Source of the DNA: Pecten maximus
Taxonomy: Eukaryota
Direction of reading: 5' to 3'
DNA: 64,000 nucleotides
Assembly (NCBI RefSeq): GCF_902652985.1
Contig: NC_047028.1
Span: 23,870,001 to 23,934,000 of the forward strand
Program-made: the position numbers and the translations under genes
Shown: piece by piece, positions 40,901-52,789 of the stretch
Layout: the number at the start of each line of letters is the position of its first letter
Position numbering within the stretch: position 1 is the stretch's first letter
Notes under the pieces: generated by a model
Database searches by the model: none
What the model was told of the DNA's origin: nothing
Seen by the model: the letters and a program-made list of their open reading frames with translations, nothing else

Positions 40901-42086
40901 TCAAAATTCATTTCCAAATATCTCATTGTGCTGATAGTATAATATGTATAATGGAAATTTGGAAACAGACAAGGTCTGTATCAAACTGTGACCTATTACA
41001 ATTGAATGTATGTAAATAAATAATATAGCTAGTATATTTCAAAATACATGTACCCGGTATGTTTATATTTATTCAAGGTGACTTGAGATGATTTTTTAAA
41101 ATTAAGTTTTGCACATGTTAAGTTAAATTACTAACAGTTGTATTATTTATTTATTTTTCCCCAGCAAAAGAGAACAAAATACAGACTGCACAGATAGTTT
41201 GATGTTAACCATGACATGCACGACAAGTATGAATATTCTACATACAGAACTATGGGTTTCATTTTTATTTTATTTTTAATGTTAAATACCTGTGTATAAG
41301 TACACATACGGCACAGCACTTACCTTGAAATAAACTGGACAACTTGTTGAACATTATCATAGGTCACTGCATTTTTGGGTTTTTTCCCTGTATTTCCATG
41401 TATCCGTGGAACAGCACCATTCTTGACGAAATGGGCCCTGATGTTTTTCAAGTAATGTGCATTTATGTTATTAACATAAAGGAACAAGCCTTGCAAACAC
41501 TTGTGTTCTGGAATTGGTAGTCAAAGCGATGCCGTTTGACGTTAGTTTGACCATGTATTCCCCTTGTCATGCCACATGCCTGGAGCTGTCCAATAATTAA
41601 CATGTCCCTGCCATCTCTCTCCATTCCCTGCACATTCAATCTGTTATCTTTGATATCCATATTGGGAAATTTGGACAGACACCCCTTCTTACATTTACGC
41701 TGTGCGTCACGTTCGTCAGAGTTATTTTCGTCATCATCATCATCATCAACCTCGTTGTCATCACTACGTAGTGTGTCTTGATCAGAATCATTTTCTGTGT
41801 CCCTTTCAACGTCATTTCTGATAAAAACTCTCATCCGAGTATGCAGAATCGGCGAATTAATAACGCTAATGCCGTTACTCACATCATCATCATCATTATC
41901 ACTCTCGATGTCATAGTCAAAATCAACATCTTCATCCTGATTACCGGAGACAGAACTCACCTCTTCAGCTGTACCACTGTTTACCCGACTTGTACACGGA
42001 AAGAAATGGCTAAAATCATCGCCTATCTCACTTGCTAAATCGCTATCACATCCGACTACGTTAAAATTTGGCGGAAGAGACATCAT
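37961..42086 (-). pseudogene. Sola2 DDD transposase, 7 exons, disabled
   Basis: Exons 42086-41324, 40861-40736, 40340-40205, 39900-39650, 39419-39197, 38767-38464, 38202-37961 with GT-AG introns of matching phase. Motifs PRIHGNTG, DVCHKC, TFDYAQ, ADNCGGQNKN, LVDGMFG, WYLYKNIRPF..CP.P. Frameshift near 41483 and TAG at 40292-40294 where Trp is expected. Confidence 0.85.
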
Positions 42087-44762
42087 ATACGATTTCTTGA
42101 TGCGTTAGACCTAAACACTCCCATCTGCCATCTTCGTAGCGAATGTAAACAACTACGTAAATACCGGAAGTGTGTTCGGCAGAAAACGGGGAAACCCCAT
42201 TCGTGTCGATATTTTTGTTGAATAAACACTTTTATTTACATTTACCGTTAATGTTATTGAATGGAAAATTAACCGACATATCTAAAGTTTAAGGACAGGT
42301 ATTTAAAGTTCATCTATAACAAAGTATATCAGTTGCATTTTGTGTTTTTGCAACGCAAGTGGGATTCCCGTTTTCGCGCGAAACGGAAATAGAATGGAAA
42401 TAATAACTCTGACGGAATTCCCTTTTTTCTCCGTTTTCATTGGATAGAACTTAAGGACCTAAATGCCAGCCGGCGGCTCATATGTACTTCAGTAATACTG
42501 TTTTGTTTGATGTGTGTAATTTACCTTAATTTCTACCACAATACCCTGTGTTATTCAACTCTCAGACCATCAGTTAATCATTACAGCTGTTGATTAACAA
42601 TCTGTTTATACCACACGTGGTATAAACTCTGTACGCATTTTGATTGGCTAATACGGTGAACTTTGACCTAGGCTGCAATTGTTATTGACGTCATCAATAA
42701 CCTAATGACGTCACATCACCGGGTCCCGGACGTCACCGGTACACTTTATTTGCATACGCGAAATTATACTTTGCCACGTTTCCCTTTGATTCAAGCCGAT
42801 ATTATTCTGGTAGAAACAGGTCACACTACTCGAAATTGTTGGATGTTGGATATGGAATTTATTTCACACGAGTAAGTTATTTTTTAAAAGTTACAAAAGA
42901 CAAGAGCTTTAGCGAGTGTTTCTTGCAACTTTTAAAAAATAACTTACGAGTGTGAAATCAATTCCATATCCAACATCCACTCGTTGTGTAACCTCTATGT
43001 ATACAAAATAACAACATTTAAACAAAACCGTAATTATGAATAAAACTCAATACAACAAGGACATAATACGAACTTCGTACATTAACTATATACATGAAGT
43101 TTTGCCTTTCTCTAGTGTGTAGCGATATTGTTAGAGTGTTATTTGGCAGAAGATTCAAGACTTGCTGAGATATTGATGTAAGGCTAGGGATAAAACGTTA
43201 GGAATTCAACAGTAACAAAGAGAGACAAGGCTGTCAAGAAATGATTGGACCTCTGGGGAAATGGTATATACCGCATTTAATAATGAAAAATGTCTGTGAA
43301 AAAGAAAGCATAATGATTTGTTACTGGACAACTCTATCCAAATAACCATTCTGAAGAAATACAAGCGTGCCGCACGATTTGTCCTGTTATTATTCATTAA
43401 ATAAATATTTTGATCATGTAAGATTGATTCTATTACCAAAAAATGCCTTATGTTGTCTCCTGATTCCTACGAAAATTCGATTGAATTATTTGATATAGCT
43501 CTTGAAGAATATGATTGAAGTCAAATGTTATAATTTTGATTTCAAATAATATACATATTTACATGTAATTTTACAATGTAGATACTACGAACACATAAGG
43601 GGTTGTCCTCAGAATCAGAGCTTGGGTAACGACAAACAACTAGAAGGCAACTTAGCCGACATCGACATACCAAAATAGAATTAGTAATTCCAATTAGAAA
43701 GCCATACAACTTTTTTCAATTCCTCGTCATCAACTTGTATCTTTCGAAACCTGGTGTCATTAATTTTGCTTTCGTAAGCTCCTGACATCTATCTATTGAA
43801 AATAAGTAAGGACATATTCAACGACTACGTAATGGGAAAGTAGAGAGTTTGCTTACTTTGAAATTGATAATTCATAATAAGAAAGTAGATACCATCGGTT
43901 TTAAGCTACTTTTGTTGGCAACACTGTAAAAGTGCGTTCTACGATAACACAGATATGACTTACTTTAAACGGGAATAACAGCTTAAAAATACTATTCATA
44001 CATTAAATACCGGTTTGGAATTCAGAGGAGTGACGGAATATTGTATATTAAGTCTCCTTTTTAGACAGCTAAAGATTATTCATGTTTTAAGTTTTTTAGC
44101 TTATTAATCTTTTTAGAGTCCCTCGCGTCGGAACTTGACATTAATCACTCCCAAAATTTGGAACAAGTTTTTAGATATCAAATCAGCTGTGACATGTTAC
44201 CGTCATATGCTGGTGAAGCGAGGACCTTATTTATTTAGAGATCAACAATCAACAATAAGGAAACCGACATCTTCACGCTACCGTACAGATTTGTTTTAAG
44301 TTGTGTATGTCAATGGTTCTTTGTTTACATTATATGGACATTCCTACAAGTGACCAAATGTTATTCATTTAGCCTTTATTCCATACAGATGGAGAAACAT
44401 ACAACAAAGAATAATTTTTGATATAATTGATCCGTTAAAAGCATGGAACACGCCTTTGTTCTGTTAGATATTTGATTATGAAATGCTTATAGTACAAATC
44501 CATTTTTGGAAAAACATCACCATATCTGCTTTTTGACATAGATAAGTTATTTGAAACAACTGCAGACGCAGTAACTATTACTTAATTTAAAATTAATAGA
44601 TCTTCTAAAAGCAGGTAGCATGTCATAATGATTTACTATATACATTATTGTGTAATATCGATAATACGATTCTATTTTTGGGAAACATTGCCATTTTTGT
44701 GTTGTGATAAAAAAAATCAGCGTATGCTAAAACCGAATTTTAGCAGACATGATCAGTAATTT

Positions 44763-44797
44763 ACTGCTGTACCAGATGTGAATGTGAGCTTATATAA
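44763..44797 (+). promoter_or_regulatory. Gene A3 core promoter
   Basis: E-box + TATATAA; donor GT at 44866. Confidence 0.7.
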
Positions 44798-45222
44798 TAG
44801 GAGTTACTGGTTCACCACATCTACTACTGATAGACGCCAGTGCAGACATTTACGGAATGTACTGGGTAAGTAGCTTTGATTCATTATCTTAATGAGTTGA
44901 CATAACCCATTTTTGGTAAAACGTTCTTCGTGTATTCAAACGATGTAGAAATTTAATACTTAAGTCTACATTTATGTTTTAATTACATTCACGAACATGA
45001 TAATATCTCGAACACTGATTCTCGATCAAGTATACATTGCTATTTGGCAGTTAGTTACTTCTATTTGATGTGGCTTTTATTCATCCTATTCGCCAATGTT
45101 ACACAGATTGAAAATAACAGATACGTTTGTGTAAGAAAATAATAGATACAAAAGTATTTATAGTTGGACAGGATTCGTGTTCAAAACCCGATACCAGAAC
45201 ATTTTTATATTCTTCCAGGAAA

Positions 45223-45423
45223 ATGGCATTAGTTCCTGTGTTTTTTACTTTCCTCCGGTGTTTAGCAATACTGTCTGGGGAAGGTTTGACAGAAGTTTCA
45301 GGACTTGCTGATCTAAAAAGAGAGGACGTTAGTCATAGAGGGATAGTGTATCTCAAACTTCCCGATGCTAAAATCCTTCGGAAGAGGGCTGCTGAAGTAT
45401 TTCCTTCACCACCCGGGAAGTGA
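45223..45423 (+). CDS. Secreted peptide precursor A3 (66 aa)
   Basis: MALVPVFFTFLRCLAILSGEGLTEVSGLADL-KR-EDVSHRGIVYLKLPDAKIL-RKR-AAEVFPSPP-GK*. Confidence 0.8.
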   Translation: MALVPVFFTFLRCLAILSGEGLTEVSGLADLKREDVSHRGIVYLKLPDAKILRKRAAEVFPSPPGK

Positions 45424-46640
45424 AGACTTGTAACAAAAGGAATCAATGATGTCATAACTGAAAATGTTTTATTGTATATATCGAAACATATCTGATTTGG
45501 TTATATGATTGCTGTGTTATTGTTATTGTTTAAACACACCCATTACAAAATGTTCGCATGCATGTGTGTAATATCACATATACTGACATCATTAAAGGCT
45601 AATAAATTGATTCACATACTTCCAGACATTTGCAAAATTCAAAAGAAATGTTCAAGTTAGATAAAGTAGAGCCAAAATGAACTAAACCACATAACTCTAG
45701 GACTCGTCAGTGATGCTAGTTGTCTCAAATGAACATAGGACGCGACCAAAAGTGCCATCAAAATTTTAAAGAGAGGCGAAGCAAATTTCAATATTTGAAT
45801 TTTAACGAACATTAATAAAATGGGAATGAATTAAAACTAGACAAACAACCAGGCTACTATAAAATGTGGATATAAATGTGTAGACGAAACCTTATATGTA
45901 TCTCAAAATTAATAAGATATAGGCAAAATATAAAACCTAATGAATATCTGGCAGCCTTAACAATCACCTGACCAGCGCTATCTAAACACACCCACGAGCA
46001 AACTTCCTGTTTTGATACCATGTTTTATGTTACAATATTAAATCACATTAGTCGCTATGATAACGGGAATATCATGTAGCCCGCATTTGCCCTAGCTTTT
46101 TATGGCGGGTGCCGTCCATGAAGTAGTAGGCCCTTACTCTCTTTCTCTCTCTACTCCTGATCGTATTGCCCTTGTACTTTTGCTAATCTATATATTTGTT
46201 TATATTTTGTCGTTGTTCAATCGATTTTGAATCATGGTTTGGTTTTGATGTCGGTATTCTTTGTTGCTTCTTCTCTGCGTCTCCTGCAGTAAGGAATTTT
46301 GTTTTTTGTTTGTTTTTTAACAGGAAAATTGATTCACGTTAAAAGGCAAACTATTCTATACAAATATAATTGAAAGTCATTTTTCTAGTCTATACCGTTA
46401 TGAAGGAAAACTATTTAAATGTATATATAAAAAGAGGTGTTCGCAATTAGTGTAATTGTACAACTAGGAATATAAACAATTACAAAAGTTGTGGTCTGAC
46501 GATCAAAGCATAAGTATAGCGGATAACAAAATATTGATTGCTTGATATTTTGGAAACAAATTCTATATGTATATGGCGATCAAAGACAAATAATTGTATG
46601 TTGATCCAAACTGAAAATAAGGCGACGATCATGAACTTTT

Positions 46641-46675
46641 ACGGCCGTACCAGATGTGAATCTGGGATTATATAA
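46641..46675 (+). promoter_or_regulatory. Gene B3 core promoter
   Basis: E-box + TATATAA; donor GT at 46748. Confidence 0.7.
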
Positions 46676-47393
46676 TAACAGGTGTCACAAGATTATCACA
46701 TCTACGACCCTTAGACTGCCGTATGAACGTTTTCCGGAATACACCGAGTAAGTAGTTTTATATATCATACATATACCCTGACGTTAAGGTAAAATACGGA
46801 TCTCTTATAACATTTTCAATAATTCTGAAAAAATAATTGATATGCTTCGCAGGTAAATGTTTTCCCGAAATATATGTAATATGTAAGGTCCGTTATGATA
46901 ATACAAATATAACCGGTTTTCGAGATACGATCGAACCGTCTCGATCTAGATCAGGATAACAAAACACATTCTAAAGAAGATTTTATATTGTAAACAGGAT
47001 CATTTGTGCGAGGATATCAATTTATTATGAAAATGATTCCTATGAACTTAACATCATATATATGTACTTCAGTAACACAGTTCTGTTCCACGTGAGTGGT
47101 TTACCTTTATGTATCAAAAATAATGACATTCAAACAAAACCGTTACTAAGTAAACATCAATAAAACAAGGGTGTAATAGAAAAATCGTACTTTAACTATG
47201 TAATGGGTAAGAAAATAATAAGAAATATATATCTATAGTTTTGTGACCTCATTAACCTATTTTCATTTCAAACGAAATATTTATCTATCCTACATATTAG
47301 GAAAGTATGGAATGGAATTAATTAATATGTAATTGTAAGCTATATATAATCATAAGGTGATATCTATTCTTATGTTGATATTTTTTAGAACAA

Positions 47394-47606
47394 ATGCCAT
47401 TGGCTGCTGTTGTTTTGCCATTCCTTTTGTGCATAGCAATATTGTCAGAGGGATGTTTGACAGAGGCTTCAGGAATTGCTGATCATCTGCAATACAGTGG
47501 GGATGGATTTGGAGGGAAAGAACAAATCAAACCTACCAATCACAATATCACAAGGAGGGACAGGGCTGCTGAGGAATTGGTTGCTCCTCCTATCCCAGGG
47601 GGATGA
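47394..47606 (+). CDS. Secreted peptide precursor B3 (70 aa)
   Basis: MPLAAVVLPFLLCIAILSEG-CLTEASGIADHLQYSGDGFGGKEQIKPTNHNIT-RRDR-AAEELVAPPIPG-G*. Confidence 0.85.
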   Translation: MPLAAVVLPFLLCIAILSEGCLTEASGIADHLQYSGDGFGGKEQIKPTNHNITRRDRAAEELVAPPIPGG

Positions 47607-47687
47607 TGTCGTGTAGCATCAAGTGTAGCATATCAAAATAACAAGAAATATATGGTTTCCTAACTGATCATGATGTTTTTTGTGTTT

Positions 47688-48187
47688 NNNNNNNNNNNNN
47701 NNNNNNNNNNNNNNNNNNNNNNNNNNNNNNNNNNNNNNNNNNNNNNNNNNNNNNNNNNNNNNNNNNNNNNNNNNNNNNNNNNNNNNNNNNNNNNNNNNNN
47801 NNNNNNNNNNNNNNNNNNNNNNNNNNNNNNNNNNNNNNNNNNNNNNNNNNNNNNNNNNNNNNNNNNNNNNNNNNNNNNNNNNNNNNNNNNNNNNNNNNNN
47901 NNNNNNNNNNNNNNNNNNNNNNNNNNNNNNNNNNNNNNNNNNNNNNNNNNNNNNNNNNNNNNNNNNNNNNNNNNNNNNNNNNNNNNNNNNNNNNNNNNNN
48001 NNNNNNNNNNNNNNNNNNNNNNNNNNNNNNNNNNNNNNNNNNNNNNNNNNNNNNNNNNNNNNNNNNNNNNNNNNNNNNNNNNNNNNNNNNNNNNNNNNNN
48101 NNNNNNNNNNNNNNNNNNNNNNNNNNNNNNNNNNNNNNNNNNNNNNNNNNNNNNNNNNNNNNNNNNNNNNNNNNNNNNNNNNNNNNN
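47688..48187. other. Assembly gap (500 N)
   Basis: Run of N; the round length suggests an arbitrary scaffolding gap. Confidence 0.99.
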
Positions 48188-48394
48188 AGCCGTTAGGACA
48201 GACACACCGGAACGATCCCCGGGTGTTGAGACAGCTAGCGTTGTGTTGACACATATTCAGCGTACACTCGTTAATATCTACGTCACAGAGGTCCCCTGTC
48301 CAGCCTCGGTCGCACGAGCAGTAGAAGGATCCAGGAATGTTGACACAATTTCCACCATTTTGACAGAGGCCAGTCTGTCTACACTCATTCACAT
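48188..48394 (-). CDS. EGF-repeat protein, internal exon (two Ca-binding EGF domains, cut by gap)
   Basis: DVNECRQTGLCQNGGNCVNIPGSFYCSCDRGWTGDLCDVDINECTLNMCQHNASCLNTRGSFRCVCPNG; acceptor ggacag at 48395. Confidence 0.9.
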
Positions 48395-48448
48395 CTGTCC
48401 AATCACAACGGTTAAAAATGTGACATAGTTAAATTTATTTCAATGGTG

Positions 48449-48553
48449 GACGGGACTTTAGGGTATAATTGACGGGACTAAAGAAGATAATTGACGGGAC
48501 TAAGGGGGATAATTGACGGGACTAGATGGGATAATTGACGGGACTAAGGGGGG
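48449..48553. repeat. 22-bp intronic minisatellite (~5 copies, gacgggactaagggggataatt)
   Basis: Directly visible. Confidence 0.85.
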
Positions 48554-48914
48554 AGGGTTAATTCTTTCAAAGTAGCAAAGAACTAAAAAGGGAAGCCATT
48601 TAATGTAGTTCACAACGACTCCAAAATATATATCAATGTAGTTCAAACTAATCTTAATTATAGCCTAAATATGTTTCATTATAGCTGATAACGACTGTCA
48701 AAATGAATGTAGATGCAGTATGTTTAGAACGTCTGCCTCAGCATTTCAAATGGATGTCTGTCAAATGATATGATAGTGACCGCGCCACGATGTGCTGATC
48801 AAGACAAGTAAGTTGCAATCAAGATGAATGTAAGTGAGACAACATTAGGTAGTATATGACCGACGCATTCCGTAAAAAGTGTATCAGTTCACTCTAGATA
48901 TGTAAACCTCTTAC

Positions 48915-49031
48915 CAAATTCACAGTTGGTGCCGATCCTGCCGGGTACACACATACAGATATAGGAGCCAGGTGTATTGACGCATGTACCGTCATACATA
49001 CATGGACTCATGCTCCTGCACTCGTTTTTGT
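48915..49031 (-). CDS. EGF-repeat protein, internal exon (cbEGF)
   Basis: 117-nt phase-1/1 exon DKNECRSMSPCMYDGTCVNTPGSYICMCVPGRIGTNCEF with AG/GT boundaries. Confidence 0.9.
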
Positions 49032-49288
49032 CTGAAATAAATATGAAAAACAGAAATTCATTGATAGACAAGAAAATGAGTCATTTGAAAACTCGATAGG
49101 ATTAATTGTGCTAGATGTCGAAGGCGATATCATACATGTTGATTTTTAACACTACGATGAAGATCATACATTAAAATGAAAAAAAAAATCACGGATTTTG
49201 TTATTGCAAACATTGGCATAAGAAAGGATTTACGGCCCATTTGTTGACAACATAAAGCAAAGATTACTTATAAGAAGGAATCACTCAC

Positions 49289-49402
49289 CGTCTTGACAAT
49301 GTTTGCCTGTCCAGCCCATAGGACACTTGCAGTAGTAAGATCCGGGGGTGTTCTCACATACACCTCCATTCTGACACATGTTCACCTCACACTCGTCCAC
49401 GT
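49289..49402 (-). CDS. EGF-repeat protein, internal exon (cbEGF)
   Basis: 114-nt phase-1/1 exon [38 protein letters not shown]. Confidence 0.9.
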
Positions 49403-49633
49403 CTTCAATAAGCAAAGTAGAAGTTAAACAGATGTAACATTTCAACAATTTCATATTCAGATTCATTAAATCGCAGTTCTACAAATTATAATATTTCCAT
49501 CGATGTCTACTTCTGAAGTTGATTTAATCTTACATATACTGAAGAACAGGAATTCTTAAATACCCATTAAGTCGAAGTAATTCAAGAAACTAAACAAAGA
49601 ACAATAATACCTTGGAAGTTGATAGCTACTCAC

Positions 49634-49753
49634 CGTATTCGCAGAAAGCGCCTTTCCATCCTGGAGGACAGATACAATTGCTCTTGCCTTGCTGTGTGGT
49701 CTGTATACAGGTGGAACCATGCTGACATCTATTCAGCAGGCATGGTATCATAG
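49634..49753 (-). CDS. EGF-repeat protein, internal exon (not in ORF track)
   Basis: 120-nt phase-1/1 exon MIPCLLNRCQHGSTCIQTTQQGKSNCICPPGWKGAFCEY; acceptor ccacag, donor gtgagt. Notch/fibropellin-like architecture, but the gene cannot be named. Confidence 0.88.
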
Positions 49754-50059
49754 CTGTGGACGAGTAAGGACATGGAAATACATTTATGTGTCATTGAATA
49801 AAAGACTTAAAACCAAAACTTATTTATAGTAGTGAAAAAGTACAAAAATGTCTAAGAAAGACACCTCAATTATCAATATATCAACACTTTGTCATACACC
49901 TGGACATATTTTCTTGTCAAGTATAAATGCAGGATGATGGGGTCATTTGATTACGCTTTTTATAGTTTTTAAACATATCAAACAAATTATCATTATCAGA
50001 TATGAAATTGTTTATTTCTTTTTGTTATTTTCATATGTTACACGTGATGTCACAAATCA

Positions 50060-50272
50060 TTAACTCTCTTTTGGAGATTGAGGCAATTCTTCAGCAATCC
50101 CGCTCATGCTGGTAATTTTGTCAGCGAGAGGTTTGGTGTGTACGTCTCTTTTACGTCCCATTTCATTCCCTGGATGACAACACCACTGGTGGTTCAGGTC
50201 ATCTATCGAACATCCCTCTGACAATATCGCTACACACAAGAGGATAGGCCAAACAAAAGCAAACAATGCCAT
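50060..50272 (-). CDS. Secreted peptide precursor C3 (70 aa)
   Basis: MALFAFVWPILLCVAILSEG-CSIDDLNHQWCCHPGNEM-GRKR-DVHTKPLADKITSMSGIAEELPQSPKES*. Exon-1 donor at 50548; promoter 50621-50655. Confidence 0.85.
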   Translation of the reverse strand: MALFAFVWPILLCVAILSEGCSIDDLNHQWCCHPGNEMGRKRDVHTKPLADKITSMSGIAEELPQSPKES

Positions 50273-51762
50273 TTTTCTGAAAGAATACAACACAAAACAT
50301 TGGTCTGGTATACATTTTTGAACATTAAAACTGGCCCGCTATAACTTTCCTTTTTTTGTATTCATTTACTTCTGACATAAACACAACTGTGAACTCTTAT
50401 CCGTTTTATCTTGGAGAATAACACAACGTTTTAAATAAAAAAAATAAGCGAAACAAGTTGAAAGAAATATAAACCTTATATCTGCATTGTTTGGAAACGT
50501 GAAGAAATAATAAATAAGTCATACATGCATTGGAAAATATCTACTTACCCAATGTATTCCGGAAAACGTTCGCTCAGGGGTCTAAACGTGGTGGATGTGG
50601 TGAGCTTCTGACAACTGTCACTATATGAGCTCCGATCTACATCTGGTACGGCAGTTAAACTATAAATCATGACTGATAAAATCTAGCTTTATTTAATAAC
50701 CGCTAATTTGCCTTTGATCACAAAATAAATATTGTGGTGCTTTCCAAAAATGGATTAGTGTTATTGATATTACACCTCGTACATCTAAAACAATATGATA
50801 GCATGCTACCTGTTTTAATGAGATATATTATTAAGTCCAAATTTAGTCATCGTTACTGCTTCTACAGCTGTTTTGAATCATTTATCTATGTTCACGTCAC
50901 AAATTTGGTGATGTTTTCCTAAATGTGGTTTGTATTTTTAGTATAACATTATCAAAAATCTAAAAGGACAGGAGATGTGTTACCTACTTTTATCGGTTCA
51001 ATCAAGTCCAAAATAGTTCATTGTTAATGTATCAACAGCTGTCTGAAATGAAGGCTAAATGGATAATATTTGGCCACTCGTAGTAATGTCCAGGTACGTA
51101 TCTTATGTATTCAATACATATTCAATAATGTTATTAAAGACTGATTGAAATACAACAGGCACAATTACTACATGTCATTGACAGCTGACAACAAAGCTGT
51201 ACGGTAGCGCGAATATGTCAATTTCCCTATTGTTTATTTTTACTTTCTTATTACAAATTAAGGTTCTGGTTCCCTTGTCAATGGCGGTTACAAGTACCAG
51301 GTGATTTGATATCCAAGGACTTGTTCCTTTTATTACCGTTGCCTTGATTCATGATCAATTAACAACAAAAAACTAGTATATAATTCTTATTGTTTCTTTA
51401 GCTGTCTAAAATGGGGATAAAATACATAATAGTTCGTCGTTCCTTGGAATTCGATACCAGTTTTTTTATATATGAAGTGTATTTTTAAGCTTTAATACCC
51501 ATTTTAAGACACATCAATCATATCCATATTATCATGATGCCCATTTTTACTGTATTATCGACAGGGACAGCTTACAACTATATCAATTTTCTTATTATTA
51601 ATTTTGGAGTTCCAAGTATTCAAATTTCCGGGTTTTCCCACATATGACCGTTACATGTCCTAACATGGTTTCAATAAAACGACAATCTTTACAAATGTCG
51701 GTAGCTGAGGAAAACAAAATTTGAAGCACTAGGTTTCGGAAGACGCAAGTTGATGACAAATT

Positions 51763-51893
51763 CGATATCGTCGGTCGGTTTTTCTACTGGTGGTCTTGAT
51801 TGGAGGAAAGCCGGAGTACCCGGAGAAAAATCGCTGGTTTACGGTCTGTACCACGCAACTGTCCCACGTGGGTTTCGAACCCGCAACCCAGAG
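51763..51893 (-). mobile_element. tRNA-derived SINE fragment (Meta-domain-like, bivalve type)
   Basis: B-box-like GGTTCGAAAC on the minus strand (51872-51881) and ggaggaaagccggagtacccggagaaaa core. Marks the end of C3 upstream homology. Confidence 0.65.
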
Positions 51894-52789
51894 AGATTGG
51901 TTGCTTCATAAAGGTTTGAAGAATTGAGGGTCACATGGTCGCCTCAAGAAAATTGTAATATAGGGAAATGACACTGCGGAGTTTATCTTCAATACAATTA
52001 CGTCGAAACTTATACGGTATAAATGACTAATGATGTGTATATTGCTGGAGCGAAAACAAGTTGAAACAAAGGTTTCATGTTAAGTCTCGGGATCAAACAT
52101 TGACCCTACCGTTAAAAAAACACGTTACAACAATGTATGGATAACAATCGCCACCAAAACAGGCTTTATTCGATTATATCAAATAGCCATCATCGACAAT
52201 TCAGCAGAAGATGCTTACACACCTGGAACATTATTTCTTATGCTTCCTGAATTTTCCTTCGTTTCGAAATTTTTGAATATAAATATACATTACCAAATTG
52301 TTAGGCCGTCCATTTCCTTTTGATTTTAATATTGTTTATTGAAGATTCCGTCATTATTTATATATTTTCCAATGATTTTTATTTTCCCATGATATCGTTA
52401 AATTTCATAGAGTCTGTTACATCAAATAAAAATATACAGTTTGTATATCGTCGTGGCAGTACATCAATGACATTTCAGTTTACATCAAATAATAAGTTAT
52501 GACAAGTTGCAAAAATTCTATATCAAATGATCGCGAATTACGATTCTTTAACCAGTGTCTAATATTTCTGTGTCTATGTCTAGTGTCTTTAAAGGATTAT
52601 CTGCGTGTATATGAAAGTAGGTTTTTTAGCCTTTTATGACGTCATTCAGCCATATTACATGCATTCATACGCGGACATGTAATTGGTGTGGTTGATTTAA
52701 TAAAACAGCAATACTGTCATGAAATTCTATGGCTTTAGACATATCAAACATAAATACACTTTAAGCTATGAAATCATTTATTCCTTTTT

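Larger units (their letters stand above)
37082..42479 (-). mobile_element. Sola2 DNA transposon (5398 bp)
   Basis: Perfect 30-bp TIRs gagccgccggctggcatttaggtccttaag; GAG...CTC termini; 4-bp TSD ATAT (37078-37081, 42480-42483). Empty site catatatgtac in unit 1 near 16905. Confidence 0.9.
17421..42996 (+). repeat. Segmental tandem unit 2 (about 12.7-kb core plus LINE and Sola2 insertions)
   Basis: Colinear with unit 1 once 28966-36475 and 37082-42479 are removed; retains intact gene B2. Confidence 0.9.
36693..43265 (+). pseudogene. Peptide-precursor pseudogene D2 (interrupted by Sola2 and the palindromic element)
   Basis: Promoter remnant 36693-36726; coding remnant 43099-43265 matching D0/D1. 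Confidence 0.7.
42997..47687 (+). repeat. Segmental tandem unit 3 (partial, cut by gap)
   Basis: Colinear with 2024-5920 and 17421-22140. Confidence 0.9.

Noticed and set aside
47619-48428. Long ORFs containing X runs
   Set aside because: Artefacts of the N gap; only 48188-48394 on the minus strand is a real exon.
48188-49753. Calling the EGF gene Notch or fibropellin
   Set aside because: Five generic EGF repeats cannot identify the gene; no LNR, ankyrin, CUB or avidin domain in the window.
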